Notes: generated by a model from the letters alone, not told the origin. A stretch of DNA of 64,000 nucleotides from Oligoflexales bacterium (GCA_045106415.1 JBGCEP010000028.1:32001-96000); one strand, 5' to 3'. Counted from the first letter of the stretch, positions 10,602 through 21,294 are shown. Numbers and translations: made by a program.

Positions 10602-11438
10602 ATGACTGATCTTAAAAAACATAGCTCTCTTGGAAAAAATGTTACATATCATAGCGACAGCCCAAATACAGCTCTCCTTGTTGCTATCCCTCGCGCACAA
10701 AAAAGACATGATATGAATATTCCAACAGAACCGCTTCCATTTGGAGGGTTTGACATCTGGAACGCCTATGAATTCTCATGGCTCCGGCCGAACGGAAGAC
10801 CCGACGTTGGTATTTTAACAGTTCATGTCCCAGCGAGCTCTCCATGCCTCATAGAGTCAAAGTCTTTTAAGCTTTACTTAAACTCATTTAACCAGAGTAA
10901 GATCGATACACTTTCTTTAAAACAAAAGCTGATTGATGATCTTTCTCAATGCGCTCAAACTTCGGTTAAGGTTCAACTGCGGCACCCTCGAGATTACGAT
11001 GGTCATCACCTGATGACCCCTTGCGGGGTTAATCTTGACGAACTTGACCCTACTGGACCTTATACATACCAACCAGAGCCCTCACTCCTTCAAACCATCA
11101 AACCAACTGAATACGTGGAAGAGACATTAGTTTCTAGCCTTTTAAAATCAAACTGCCTGATCACTCATCAACCTGATTGGGCAGACATTCAGGTCTACTA
11201 TCAAGGAGCTAAGATTAACCACCAACAGCTTCTGCGATATTTCATTTCTTTTCGTATGAAAAATGAATTCCATGAACCATGTGTAGAAAAAATTTATATG
11301 GATATCTTAAGAACATGCCAGCCTACAAGGCTTCGTGTTACAGCACAATACACACGAAGAGGGGGCTTAGACATTAACCCCTCTCGTGCAAACTTTCTTT
11401 ATGAAGATAAAGCCTTCATAAGAACTCCGAGACAATAG
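10602..11438 (+). CDS. queF: NADPH-dependent 7-cyano-7-deazaguanine reductase (bimodular QueF)
   Basis: DIWNAYE, ESKSFKLYLNS, catalytic KSNCLITHQPDW, EFHE, YTRRGGLDINP; start moved to ATG 10602 behind AAGGA. Confidence 0.95.
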   Translation: MTDLKKHSSLGKNVTYHSDSPNTALLVAIPRAQKRHDMNIPTEPLPFGGFDIWNAYEFSWLRPNGRPDVGILTVHVPASSPCLIESKSFKLYLNSFNQSKIDTLSLKQKLIDDLSQCAQTSVKVQLRHPRDYDGHHLMTPCGVNLDELDPTGPYTYQPEPSLLQTIKPTEYVEETLVSSLLKSNCLITHQPDWADIQVYYQGAKINHQQLLRYFISFRMKNEFHEPCVEKIYMDILRTCQPTRLRVTAQYTRRGGLDINPSRANFLYEDKAFIRTPRQ

Positions 11439-12598
11439 TGAATATTTCTGGCCTTTATATCCACATCCCTATTTGTAGCCGCATCTGTACCTATTGTGAC
11501 TTTGTAAAAACAGCACGATGGGGACAAGATCTTAATAGAGCATTTTTAAACTCTCTTCTCCGTCATATAAAGTTTTGGATAGAAAAGACTTCTTTTCAAA
11601 CACTCTCCTCTATTAATGTTGGAGGGGGAACCCCAAGCTTATGGGCAGAAGAGTATTTTGAAATTTTTGATCTTCTCAAAGACTTTATAACCCCTGAAAC
11701 TGAAGTCACACTCGAAGCAAACCCTATCAACATCAGCGAAGAACGTTTACAAATTTGGAAAGCATGCGGTTTTAACAGGATCTCCCTTGGTATTCAAACA
11801 TTTGAGCCCAAAGGCCTTAAACTCCTAGGTAGAGACCATTCCCCTCAGCAAGCTAAAGATGCTTTCCTTCAAACTCAAAATCTATTTCCACGAGCGAATT
11901 TAGATATGATTTATGGTTGGCCGACACAAACTCTTCAAGATTTAAGGCATGACTTGCAAAAAATCGAAGATTTAAATCCCTCGCATATCAGCCTTTATAA
12001 CCTCGAATACCCAAAAAAAACAGTCCTAGGACGACAACTCTCCCGAGGAAAAATCCGACCTCAAACCGAAACAGTACTCGAAGACATGTACACAATGATT
12101 TGTACAACGTTAAATCAAAGGTCGTACAATCATCATGAAGTTTCCAACTGGTCGCAACCTGGGGAGACTTGCCGACATAACATGCTTTATTGGGAAAACG
12201 GCTTCTGGATTGGTGTTGGCCCAGGAGCAGCAGGTTTACTTCCTCCCACAAAAGACTTTCCCTATGGAAACATGTACCAGTACAAAGACTCTATCCACAG
12301 TTTTATGAAAGAAGAACCCTCTTTCAACAACTTATGCATTGAAAAGGATAGAGATATGGACAGTTGGATTGCAGAAATTATTGGCCGAAGTCTTCGCACA
12401 AAAAATGGTGTTCCTTTAGAATACCTTCTGACAACAACACGTTCTACGTGGGAACCATCTTCTTCTGTACGGCACGCTCTCGAAACAAAGCAAGCCACTC
12501 TTCAAAAAGGTTTTCTTATTTTTGAAGAGCGGCAATGGCTACGAGAAACAGCTTGGTGTGTTGAAGTCATGAGTAGCTTACGCCACTCAAACTTTTAA
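11438..12598 (+). CDS. hemW: Radical SAM heme chaperone HemW (HemN-like)
   Basis: LYIHIPIC, CSRICTYCDF CxxxCxxC, GGGTPS, HNMLYW. Confidence 0.85.
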   Translation: MNISGLYIHIPICSRICTYCDFVKTARWGQDLNRAFLNSLLRHIKFWIEKTSFQTLSSINVGGGTPSLWAEEYFEIFDLLKDFITPETEVTLEANPINISEERLQIWKACGFNRISLGIQTFEPKGLKLLGRDHSPQQAKDAFLQTQNLFPRANLDMIYGWPTQTLQDLRHDLQKIEDLNPSHISLYNLEYPKKTVLGRQLSRGKIRPQTETVLEDMYTMICTTLNQRSYNHHEVSNWSQPGETCRHNMLYWENGFWIGVGPGAAGLLPPTKDFPYGNMYQYKDSIHSFMKEEPSFNNLCIEKDRDMDSWIAEIIGRSLRTKNGVPLEYLLTTTRSTWEPSSSVRHALETKQATLQKGFLIFEERQWLRETAWCVEVMSSLRHSNF

Positions 12599-15259
12599 GA
12601 CTTGCTCTATTAAGGTTTCCGCACTCTTGCGTACAGCTGCTGCAAGATCTGGACGCTTTGAGCCTGCTTGAGCACGATCAGGTCGGCCCCCTCCTTTACC
12701 TTCTGCAGCTTGAGCTAATTGCTTCATAAGAGTGCCAGCACCAAGCTTTTCTCTTACTCTCGCACCGACAGCTGCAAAAATCATCAGATCAGAATTATCT
12801 GCACATATCATCACAACAATTTCTTGATCAAGCCGAGCCGCAAGGTCCTGGTTGATACGAGACAAGGACTGTTTAGAAAACTTTTTAGAATCGAGTTCAA
12901 CAATCGAATAAGACTGATGACCTTCGCACACCACTCTCTGACTATCTAACTGCTTTTGAAGATCCAACAACAGTTGATTTTCACGTAACGCATTAAGCTC
13001 TTTTTCTGTTTGACGAGCTGTTTTCACAACAGACTCTACTTTTTCACAAACACCTTGAGAGCTCACTTTTAAAGAACGAGCTAAAGTTTGTACGATATCT
13101 GCGTCTTCACGACCGCATATCACAGCAGAAATTCCCGTAAGAGCCTCTAAGCGTCTCACTCCAGAAGCAATTGAAGACTCTGCAACAACTTTAAAATATC
13201 CAATCTCACCTGTTGCTAAAGCGTGAGTTCCACCACAGAGTTCACGAGAAGGACCCATCGTCAGCACTCGAACAGTGTCGCCGTATTTTTCACCAAATAA
13301 AGCCGTTGCGCCGCTGTTTTTTGCTTCATCAAAACACATAACCTCCGTCTGCACAGAAGAGTTTTGATGAATCATTTCATTCACACGCAATTCAACCGCT
13401 TTAATTTCCTCTACAGACAAGCCTTGATGATGAGTAAAATCAAATCTTAAACGATCAGGTCCAACATAAGAACCTTGCTGTGCGACATGTTGTCCTAAAG
13501 TCTCTCTTAATGCTTCATGAAGTAAATGTGTCGCAGAGTGATTTCTTCGTGTCTTAAGTCGAGATTCTTCATCAACCTTCATAGACAGGCTTTTGAGAGA
13601 TGAGTCCTGAACCAGTCCTTTAACAAGAGAACAGCGGTGAACATGCATATCAAATACACGAAACGTATCAACAACCTTGAGCTCTAGATCTTGACCTGTG
13701 ATCACGCCGTGATCACCTATTTGCCCACCTGCTTCTGCATAAAAAGAAGTTTTATCAACCACAAGATCAAGGTAATCTCCCTCTTCTCGATAACGTAAAG
13801 CAGCCGCTTCATCCACTATCAAAGATTCATAGCCAACAAACCCTGTCGACTTAGAAGAATTGATCACATTCCAGCTTTCATCACTTCCTAAAGAAGCATC
13901 AAAGCGAGAGGCTTTTCGAGCTCGATCTTTTTGCTCTGCCATTGCAGCATCAAAACCATCTTCGTCTATACCAAGACCGTGTTCAGCTGCGATCAAACGC
14001 GTTAAATCACGCGGAAAACCATATGTATCGTGAAACAAAAAAGCATCTGCACCTGCGACTTCACTCTTCTTTTTTTCTTTAAGCGCTACCACTAAAGATT
14101 CTAAACGATTTAAGCCTGTCTCCAGCGTTTTTAAAAAACGACGCTCTTCAGACTCAATCACTTGCGCAATATAGTTTTCTCTTTCTCTGAGCTCCGGATA
14201 AGCATCACCCATCTTGGAAACAAGCGCTGGAACCAATAAATAAATAAACGGTTGTTTTTGTCCGAGCTGGTGAGCATATCGAATGGCACGACGTAAAATA
14301 CGCCTCACCACATAACCACGGCCTTCGTTCCCAGGTGTCACACCATCAGCGATAGCAAATGAAACCGCTCTTAAATGATCAACCACAACTCGGTGAGCCA
14401 TGCCCTCATCGCTTGGGTTATAGGCATGACCACTCCGTTCTACAACTTCATGGATCAAAGGCTTTAAAAGATCAGTCTCATAGTTAGAAGACACACCTTG
14501 TAAAATTGCACAAATTCTCTCTAGACCTGCCCCTGTATCCACATGGGTTGCGCTCAAAGCCTCTAAATCTCCACTTTTCAACCTTTGATACTGCATGAAA
14601 ACCAAGTTCCAAATTTCAACGTATCGGGTGTTTTCGCCGTTCACACCCTCAACCAGATCACTATATGTTTGTTCCCGAGTCGACACATCACCAGTATCAA
14701 AGTGAATTTCAGAGCACGGCCCACAAGGACCAACTTGACCCATTTCCCAAAAATTTTCTTTTTTACCAAACTTCATGACATTTTTAGGTTGAATATCAGT
14801 CAGCTCAAGCCATAGATCATAAGCTTCTTGGTCATCTTCATAGACTGTTGCAAAAAGCCTGTCTTTTGGTAACTTCCAAACAACAGTTAAAAGTTCCCAA
14901 GCCCATGAAATAGCCTCTTTCTTATAATAATCACCAAAAGACCATGTCCCCAACATCTCAAAAAACGTATGATGAGTGCCATCCAGACCTACTTCATCCA
15001 AGTCGTTATGTTTCCCAGAAACTCTCAATACTTTTTGCGAGTTCGTTGCTCTTTTCAAACCACGACTTTGATCACCTAAAAAAATCGATTTAAATTGATT
15101 CATTCCGGCATTCGTAAACAATAAAGTGGGGTCATCAGTAGGAGCAACACTCGAAGATCGAACAAAACTATGTTGTCGAGCTTGAAAAAAATCTAAAAAA
15201 GACTGACGAACTTGCTCTGAAGATAAAGGCTCTAAGCCATATGGGTGCTCACGGCTCAT
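12587..15259 (-). CDS. alaS: Alanine--tRNA ligase
   Basis: DPTLLFTNAGMNQFK, HHTFFEMLG, editing HSATH and ELCGGTH, C-terminal GKGGGRPD. Confidence 0.99.
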   Translation of the reverse strand: MSREHPYGLEPLSSEQVRQSFLDFFQARQHSFVRSSSVAPTDDPTLLFTNAGMNQFKSIFLGDQSRGLKRATNSQKVLRVSGKHNDLDEVGLDGTHHTFFEMLGTWSFGDYYKKEAISWAWELLTVVWKLPKDRLFATVYEDDQEAYDLWLELTDIQPKNVMKFGKKENFWEMGQVGPCGPCSEIHFDTGDVSTREQTYSDLVEGVNGENTRYVEIWNLVFMQYQRLKSGDLEALSATHVDTGAGLERICAILQGVSSNYETDLLKPLIHEVVERSGHAYNPSDEGMAHRVVVDHLRAVSFAIADGVTPGNEGRGYVVRRILRRAIRYAHQLGQKQPFIYLLVPALVSKMGDAYPELRERENYIAQVIESEERRFLKTLETGLNRLESLVVALKEKKKSEVAGADAFLFHDTYGFPRDLTRLIAAEHGLGIDEDGFDAAMAEQKDRARKASRFDASLGSDESWNVINSSKSTGFVGYESLIVDEAAALRYREEGDYLDLVVDKTSFYAEAGGQIGDHGVITGQDLELKVVDTFRVFDMHVHRCSLVKGLVQDSSLKSLSMKVDEESRLKTRRNHSATHLLHEALRETLGQHVAQQGSYVGPDRLRFDFTHHQGLSVEEIKAVELRVNEMIHQNSSVQTEVMCFDEAKNSGATALFGEKYGDTVRVLTMGPSRELCGGTHALATGEIGYFKVVAESSIASGVRRLEALTGISAVICGREDADIVQTLARSLKVSSQGVCEKVESVVKTARQTEKELNALRENQLLLDLQKQLDSQRVVCEGHQSYSIVELDSKKFSKQSLSRINQDLAARLDQEIVVMICADNSDLMIFAAVGARVREKLGAGTLMKQLAQAAEGKGGGRPDRAQAGSKRPDLAAAVRKSAETLIEQVLKV

Positions 15260-15285
15260 GGTTTTCTCTCTATAAAGTTAGCGCA

Positions 15286-16371
15286 TTAAGGCAAAAAAAC
15301 ATCTTGTGTTTCTTGTCCAAAGCTCAACCGCCACGGTTGGCCGGCATATCTTACCTTTACAGGGACATCAAAACCACCACCAAAAATGGGGTCAGGCCAA
15401 GAAAGACCAACAGAGCTTAAGCAACCTTGCACCCAGCGACCTGTCAAAACTCGATATTGTGCCACAGGCGTCTGTATCACAATGTGATCACAAATTTGAT
15501 CGTAACCTTGCCGCGCTAAAAATTTAACCTTTGTATTCTTCCCATACCAACTCAAATCTTGCTCAAAGTCACCAGCAAATTTTGATTCCTCATGGACATG
15601 AACCTGTAAAAAACGCTGCTGAATCTCACCATTTTTATATTCATTGCAGTAATACAATTTAAACCGAGCTGTTCCTGCAGTAATATTCCTCACTCCTCGT
15701 TCTGCTTTTTCATGGCAATCCCCAGCTTGGGCCCAACTCCCTCTTTTCAGCTCACCGACCAATGGCAAATTCTTTTTCTGCCCCAAAGAGTCGTAAACTG
15801 TAAATGACGAAATAAGTCTTCCATTTAAGATTTCCGCTTTACCAACTATAAAATGTTGGTCAGGAAGACTTGCTTGGATATGAAAATTTAAACGACGACC
15901 TTGAACAAAACTCAAGACACCTTTTTGTTGAATTCTAGATTTCACAATTTGATTAAGATTTTTTTTTCTTTCTCTCACAATCTTTGCTTTTCCTACAGGA
16001 TCTGCAACAACTTCAATCAATTGATCTGAAATTCTTTTATCTCTAATCAGCATTTTTCGAACGTGAGTAGGAACTCCTTCATTCTGATAGCAGATCATCA
16101 ATTGAATCGTTTGATGCACAGATGCTTGGACAAGATGGTGAGACTGGCTAAATCCTTGCGGAGTCATTAAGCTATAGACAAGAGGTTTCACTCCCGGACC
16201 ACAGAGTTGCGTTGTTTTTCTTGATTCGGCAAGAATGTCTCGCCGCACAGCCTTAAAACCAAGCTCAACATACTTTCGGTTTTCCACACACCAAAAACCA
16301 AAAACAACAATCATGACATAAAGCATGAATTTAGTGATAGAATTCAACAAAACCTCTTTGACACCGCACAA
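15286..16371 (-). CDS. Hypothetical membrane-anchored protein
   Basis: 361-aa ORF with an N-terminal TM segment, directly upstream of alaS. Confidence 0.65.
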   Translation of the reverse strand: MCGVKEVLLNSITKFMLYVMIVVFGFWCVENRKYVELGFKAVRRDILAESRKTTQLCGPGVKPLVYSLMTPQGFSQSHHLVQASVHQTIQLMICYQNEGVPTHVRKMLIRDKRISDQLIEVVADPVGKAKIVRERKKNLNQIVKSRIQQKGVLSFVQGRRLNFHIQASLPDQHFIVGKAEILNGRLISSFTVYDSLGQKKNLPLVGELKRGSWAQAGDCHEKAERGVRNITAGTARFKLYYCNEYKNGEIQQRFLQVHVHEESKFAGDFEQDLSWYGKNTKVKFLARQGYDQICDHIVIQTPVAQYRVLTGRWVQGCLSSVGLSWPDPIFGGGFDVPVKVRYAGQPWRLSFGQETQDVFLP

Positions 16372-16396
16372 TCCCTATCGGACAAACTCCCAAACG

Positions 16397-16488
16397 CGTG
16401 ACAAAAAGACTTGCTATATTATTAAAAAAAAGTAAAATTTCCTCGAATTTTTAAGGGGATCTCCGTGACAAAAAGACTTGCTATATTA
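16397..16488 (+). repeat. Perfect 25-bp direct repeat, two copies
   Basis: CGTGACAAAAAGACTTGCTATATTA at 16397-16421 and 16464-16488. Confidence 0.95.
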
Positions 16489-17262
16489 ACGTTCTTCACT
16501 TTCATTTCAACTTCTCAAGCGAGTTCTCTTGTCTGTTTTACAGCTGAAGAAAAGAAACAAGAAGCTTCAGCACATATCATTGCTCAGGCAACTGTACTGC
16601 ACGACGGCTTAAGGACATCCTTTCCAACGCAAAATCAAATACTTATAATGAATGCAAGTCTCCCCAAAAAGTCTCCATGGAAACTGTGCTTTGCATCAAG
16701 CACTCCTCTTTTTCATACAGACATCAATGACATTCTAAGAGTGGAAGAAGTCCGCAAAGCTCTATCCAATAAAGAGGTTGACCACATCAGCCTTCAGAAC
16801 AACAACACGGATATCACGCTCAACTGGAGTGACTCTCTTCAACCGACGACACAATCACTTGACCCTCTTGTCAGCATCCATCCTTTTGGCAAGATCAAAC
16901 ATGCTGTTTGGTCATACTCACGAGCTTCAAACCATATAGATTCTGTTCTCACCTGCACTATGAATGATGGCCGCAATATATCCCACAATTTTCACCAATC
17001 CGATTTACCAGACTACGCTACTGCACCAGAGACAGGGATTCTCTCAATTAGAGCTCAAAACCTTTCTCTAGAGCAGCTTCTTCGTACCATACAGCACCCA
17101 GGCGTCTTAAATCGCCGCTATCAAAGACAACGATTTTCAATCACTCAAATCGCTTCACCTCTTATCACCGGTTCTTTCATATGGATGAACACACGCTCAC
17201 CTTCTTCCGTTGAAGATCTAAATTTTAAGATTGATGTCGACCTAAAGCTTCCGCTCTCATAG
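16465..17262 (+). CDS. Hypothetical exported protein
   Basis: GTG start behind AAGGGGA; signal peptide ending SQA. Confidence 0.7.
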   Translation: MTKRLAILTFFTFISTSQASSLVCFTAEEKKQEASAHIIAQATVLHDGLRTSFPTQNQILIMNASLPKKSPWKLCFASSTPLFHTDINDILRVEEVRKALSNKEVDHISLQNNNTDITLNWSDSLQPTTQSLDPLVSIHPFGKIKHAVWSYSRASNHIDSVLTCTMNDGRNISHNFHQSDLPDYATAPETGILSIRAQNLSLEQLLRTIQHPGVLNRRYQRQRFSITQIASPLITGSFIWMNTRSPSSVEDLNFKIDVDLKLPLS

Positions 17263-17271
17263 GCCTTCAAG

Positions 17272-17299
17272 ACTTATCTACCACGATGGATAAGTTTTT
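17272..17299 (+). terminator. Rho-independent terminator between convergent genes
   Basis: ACTTATCTA-ccacga-TGGATAAGT followed by TTTT. Confidence 0.6.
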
Positions 17300-18274
17300 C
17301 TATAAGCTCAGAGACCGAGTCAACGCTAAGCGTGAAGAAGCCACCACATCCTCAACACTTGCTCCTCGTGACAGATCTGTATAAGGCTTCTTAAGCCCTA
17401 GTAAAATTGGTCCCCAAGCTTTATAGCCAGCTAATCTTTCCATAAGTTTGTACGCAATATTACCTGAATTTAGATCAGGAAAAATAAGAATATTAGCATC
17501 CCCTCCAATGGGACTCTCTGGTGATTTATGAGATGCCACACTTGGAACTAAGGCTGCATCTACTTGAATTTCTCCATCGACTGCAATTTCTGGATGGCGT
17601 TTTTTAAACATTTCAACGGCAGACCTTATTCTTTGAAGACTTTTATGCTCTGATGAAGCATGTGTCGAAAAAGACAAGAAAGCTACTTTCGGTACCCCTA
17701 AGCTCAGTTCATAGTGCAGCTCTACAGCGTTCACAGCGATATCGACAAGTTCACTCTCTTTTGGTTCGACTACCACACCACAATCAGCAAACAACATGTT
17801 TTTTTTCATTGGGCTTTGCATTAAAAACGCACTTGAAAGTGTTTGTATTCCATTTTTTAACCCAGGTGCTTTTAAAGCAGCTCGAATCACACTAGAAGTT
17901 GTCGACTGAATCCCAGCAACAACAGCCTGAACCTTTTGTTCACTTAAAAAGCACCCAGCCTGATAGAGTGGGTCTCTAGCGAACTCTTTACACCAGACCT
18001 CTCCTTTCTTACCTCCCCAGCACCTCAAAAGAAAATCTTCTGTCATATTAACAATTTCACTGTCATTTGAATCAATATGAATCACGCGTGAGTCTTTCCG
18101 GTTTGGTTTCCCCCAATAAAAAACTTCTCTCACCTCCCCAGAATCTATCATTCTATAGGACGCTTCTTGAATACGAACATCTTGACCTTCTGGAAAAGCT
18201 AAAGACTGCGGCGATTCCAAACAACATTTTTCCCAGTGTTTCTCTAAATCTTTCACCAACCCTCCAAAATACAC
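17300..18274 (-). CDS. pta: Phosphate acetyltransferase (short form)
   Basis: FPEG, FADC, VAFLSFST, DGEIQVDAA, FPDLNSGNIAYK, DLSRG. Confidence 0.9.
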   Translation of the reverse strand: MYFGGLVKDLEKHWEKCCLESPQSLAFPEGQDVRIQEASYRMIDSGEVREVFYWGKPNRKDSRVIHIDSNDSEIVNMTEDFLLRCWGGKKGEVWCKEFARDPLYQAGCFLSEQKVQAVVAGIQSTTSSVIRAALKAPGLKNGIQTLSSAFLMQSPMKKNMLFADCGVVVEPKESELVDIAVNAVELHYELSLGVPKVAFLSFSTHASSEHKSLQRIRSAVEMFKKRHPEIAVDGEIQVDAALVPSVASHKSPESPIGGDANILIFPDLNSGNIAYKLMERLAGYKAWGPILLGLKKPYTDLSRGASVEDVVASSRLALTRSLSL

Positions 18275-18416
18275 AGCTCATCAAAGATACAAACATGCTG
18301 ATGATCATCTCTTTAAAGGTATATATAAACCTGACACATCAAGGGTTAGCATGACACACTCCGCACCTGCCTACAAGTTAAGCAATTCGCTTAACATATT
18401 AAATTAAAAGGATTAA

Positions 18417-20279
18417 GTGACGACTCATCGTGAGTTATCCACAAGGTCTGTGGATTGTCTCTTCAATGAAATAAATATTCATCCGACAACTATGCTTAGT
18501 GATGTTTCCATGCATATAGGATATTGCATGATATGTTTTTTGGTTCAAGATAAAGCTCTACGTCAACAGCTGAGAAAGCTGTTCAAAGAGCAGATAAAGT
18601 CTGATACGGCTTGCTTCTTGGATCCAACACGTATTAGCTCCCTATCGAAGCTCTACGAAAAAAATCATTCATTGCGAGCCTTGGTTACAACGACTGAGGT
18701 CTCTTTTCTTCCGAACGATGGATGGGTTGACATGTTGGCTGCGTTAAACAAGAAGATTCCTGTCATTTTGTTGTCAAATGGTGAACCATATACTAAGTTA
18801 AAATCGACACTCGCGAGTTTTGCAGCATTTCTACGTTCTCCGACAGCAGAAGACATTTTGCAAGAATTAAGGCGTTGTGGGATAACAACACGCAAAGATA
18901 ATAATTTTACGCAAGATGAAATCCCTGAGTTAAACCTTAATATCCCAGCAAAAATGCTTGAAGGCAGCCACTCTCTAAGTGTTTTAGCTATAGATACCAG
19001 TCGTTTCAGAGAAATGGCGACAAAGTATGGATCTAATGTCTATAAAGAGTTTCAAGCAGGTTTTCAGAAAATTTTATTTGATTTGTGGGGGACTCAAGGA
19101 AATTTCCGCTCTAAAGACATGCTATTTCGTCATTCTTCTAATCTTAATCTCTACTTTGTTATTCTTGAACAGCCTCGCTCCACATTACTTCCAAGTCCAC
19201 GTAGTTTAGAGACTCTTTCCGATAGACTTCATCGCAGACTCTACAACGCCCTTATTGGTGATATGATGAAGCCTACCGCTACAAGAGTGACTCCAAGCTG
19301 CGTCAGTTCTGTGTTTGATTTTTCTGTAGGTTACTCCACCTTGCTTTTTAACCCTTGTATTGACTCTGTCGAAGCTGTGAACACTCTTTTTGAAGAAAGC
19401 AGAGAGATGGCATCTTCACAACAAAAGAGGTTTCACTCTCGCAAAAAAGAATATATGCAGAGCCTTATTCTAGCATCAGATTTTTTAATCCCACATTACC
19501 AGGCTGTTTTTGACATTCGAGACATCAACATCAAAGACATTGACCCTAAGTCTGCGATAACAGATTTAGGATCTAAAATATTTGGTTTTGAATCTTTAAT
19601 TCGAGTGAACCCTAATTATGTCAATATCGATTCATATCATGAAAACGACACCTTTGAAGTTCAGCCTAAGTTTCTTAAGCCAGATATTCTTTTTAATTTA
19701 GCGACGTCCACAGACTTATCAATAGATCTGGATCAAAAGTGTTTAAGACAAGCAACAGAGTATTTTTCTGAGCTTCCTGGAAAACTGTTCGTCAATATTC
19801 TTCCAAGAAATTTTTACTTTCTTGATAAACTTCAATTAGCTCTTCCTGATCATGTCAAACTCGTCTTCGAAGTTTCAGAGAGTGAAGCTATTGATAATTT
19901 TGATCTTTTAGTTAAGATTAGAGATCATATTCGTGAGCTTGGATATCAAATCGCAATTGATGATTTTGGTAAAGGCTATTCAGGTTTAGAGCGTATTATT
20001 CATATCCAACCAGATATTATTAAACTGGATAGACACCTCATAACCAATATTCATAGCAATACAACAAAACAATCACTTGTACGTGGTATTGTCGAAGCAG
20101 CCTCTTTAAGCCAATCCACTGTATTAGCTGAAGGGGTTGAAACCATCCAAGAACTCGAAGTCATTAAAAAAATGGGTATTCCTTACATTCAAGGTTTTTT
20201 GATGCATCGCCCCAGCTCTTATGAAAGTATTCAAGAAGAACTCCAACTTGAAAAGTCAAAACTCCATGAAAGCGCATAA
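18417..20279 (+). CDS. EAL-domain c-di-GMP phosphodiesterase with degenerate GGDEF-like and REC-like N-terminal regions
   Basis: FGFESLIR, LFVN, IAIDDFGKGYSGL, IIKLD, AEGVET, QGF; true start probably downstream of 18417. Confidence 0.85.
   Translation: MTTHRELSTRSVDCLFNEINIHPTTMLSDVSMHIGYCMICFLVQDKALRQQLRKLFKEQIKSDTACFLDPTRISSLSKLYEKNHSLRALVTTTEVSFLPNDGWVDMLAALNKKIPVILLSNGEPYTKLKSTLASFAAFLRSPTAEDILQELRRCGITTRKDNNFTQDEIPELNLNIPAKMLEGSHSLSVLAIDTSRFREMATKYGSNVYKEFQAGFQKILFDLWGTQGNFRSKDMLFRHSSNLNLYFVILEQPRSTLLPSPRSLETLSDRLHRRLYNALIGDMMKPTATRVTPSCVSSVFDFSVGYSTLLFNPCIDSVEAVNTLFEESREMASSQQKRFHSRKKEYMQSLILASDFLIPHYQAVFDIRDINIKDIDPKSAITDLGSKIFGFESLIRVNPNYVNIDSYHENDTFEVQPKFLKPDILFNLATSTDLSIDLDQKCLRQATEYFSELPGKLFVNILPRNFYFLDKLQLALPDHVKLVFEVSESEAIDNFDLLVKIRDHIRELGYQIAIDDFGKGYSGLERIIHIQPDIIKLDRHLITNIHSNTTKQSLVRGIVEAASLSQSTVLAEGVETIQELEVIKKMGIPYIQGFLMHRPSSYESIQEELQLEKSKLHESA
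18435..18457. promoter_or_regulatory. DnaA box plus inverted degenerate box
   Basis: TTATCCACA at 18435-18443; TGTGGATTG at 18449-18457 (2 mismatches, inverted). Confidence 0.4.
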
Positions 20280-21294
20280 ACATTTCATAGAAAAATTTTT
20301 AGCGTTCATTTTAGCCTCCATGAGTTTCACATTAGGCCAAGCCGCTGTTCTTGATGATTTAACTCAATCAGCTGATCACGCTATAAATTCTGTCACCTCT
20401 TCCCTAGAAAGTCTTATAGGAAAAAAAGAACACAAAAAAAAAGGCAGAAGAATTGGCTTTCATCATTTCGGTTTTTTTAAATCACATGCCCTGTCCGATC
20501 AAAATAAAATTTCCGCCAAGATTTTTACTTCTCAAAAACAGCTCAATCACTTTTTGCGAAGATTCCAACCTGAAAGTGTCATTCAAAAGCCTATAAACTT
20601 TGAAAAAGAAATGATTCTCGCAGTCGAAACAACAAACCCCCAGAGTTGGGCAATACAAATCAAAAAACTATATTTTCAAGACTATTTTTCATTTAACCTC
20701 CACACAAAAAACATGACAGCAACATGCCACAACATTCAAAGAGCACGAGCACGAGCACATCTCATACGAATCAAGAAACCAAAAGAGAGAATCTTGCAAA
20801 TTAAAAAATTTGAAATGCTTGGAGAAAAAAATGACATAGAATGCCCTCCTCAGGAAGATAGATCGCTACATCAATCTTTCCACCATAGAATACTGATGTA
20901 TTCCAAAACATCCACACAAACGCTGCCTCAACCGTCTTTAAGTGTGCTCTCTTATCAATGGGGGGAATGGGATATTTTCAAAAAAAGACATTGCCCCACA
21001 TGCTCCGTACTCTACGCTCCTGGCCTTCCTAAAACAGCTTCAATCATAGGAGTTATCGATCAAGCCCCACTCTCTAAAGAAACCGGAAGAGCTCAGCTGA
21101 TACTCCATCAATTACAAGCCACTCAAAATAAATGGGTTGTCCACTTAGAGCGCATCATAAATCTATGTCATCGAGCTCCAAGAAACAGTCCTTTAATCGT
21201 TTTTGCAACACCTCCTAACCATTCTATAAAATCTGTTCAGATTGCCTCAGGATTTATTGGCGAGTCTCAAAAAGTTTGCAGCCAAAACCCATAG
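20221..21294 (+). CDS. Exported protein, possibly two degenerate PrcB C-terminal-like domains
   Basis: Signal peptide after probable start 20266; KPINFEKEMILAV...HLIRIKK resembles the PrcB_C pattern by eye. Confidence 0.5.
   Translation: MKVFKKNSNLKSQNSMKAHKHFIEKFLAFILASMSFTLGQAAVLDDLTQSADHAINSVTSSLESLIGKKEHKKKGRRIGFHHFGFFKSHALSDQNKISAKIFTSQKQLNHFLRRFQPESVIQKPINFEKEMILAVETTNPQSWAIQIKKLYFQDYFSFNLHTKNMTATCHNIQRARARAHLIRIKKPKERILQIKKFEMLGEKNDIECPPQEDRSLHQSFHHRILMYSKTSTQTLPQPSLSVLSYQWGEWDIFKKRHCPTCSVLYAPGLPKTASIIGVIDQAPLSKETGRAQLILHQLQATQNKWVVHLERIINLCHRAPRNSPLIVFATPPNHSIKSVQIASGFIGESQKVCSQNP

Noticed and set aside
16397..16488. Mini CRISPR array
   Set aside because: Only two repeats, one is a gene start, and no cas genes are in the window
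18435..18457. Replication origin
   Set aside because: Only one perfect DnaA box and no dnaA/dnaN/gidA context
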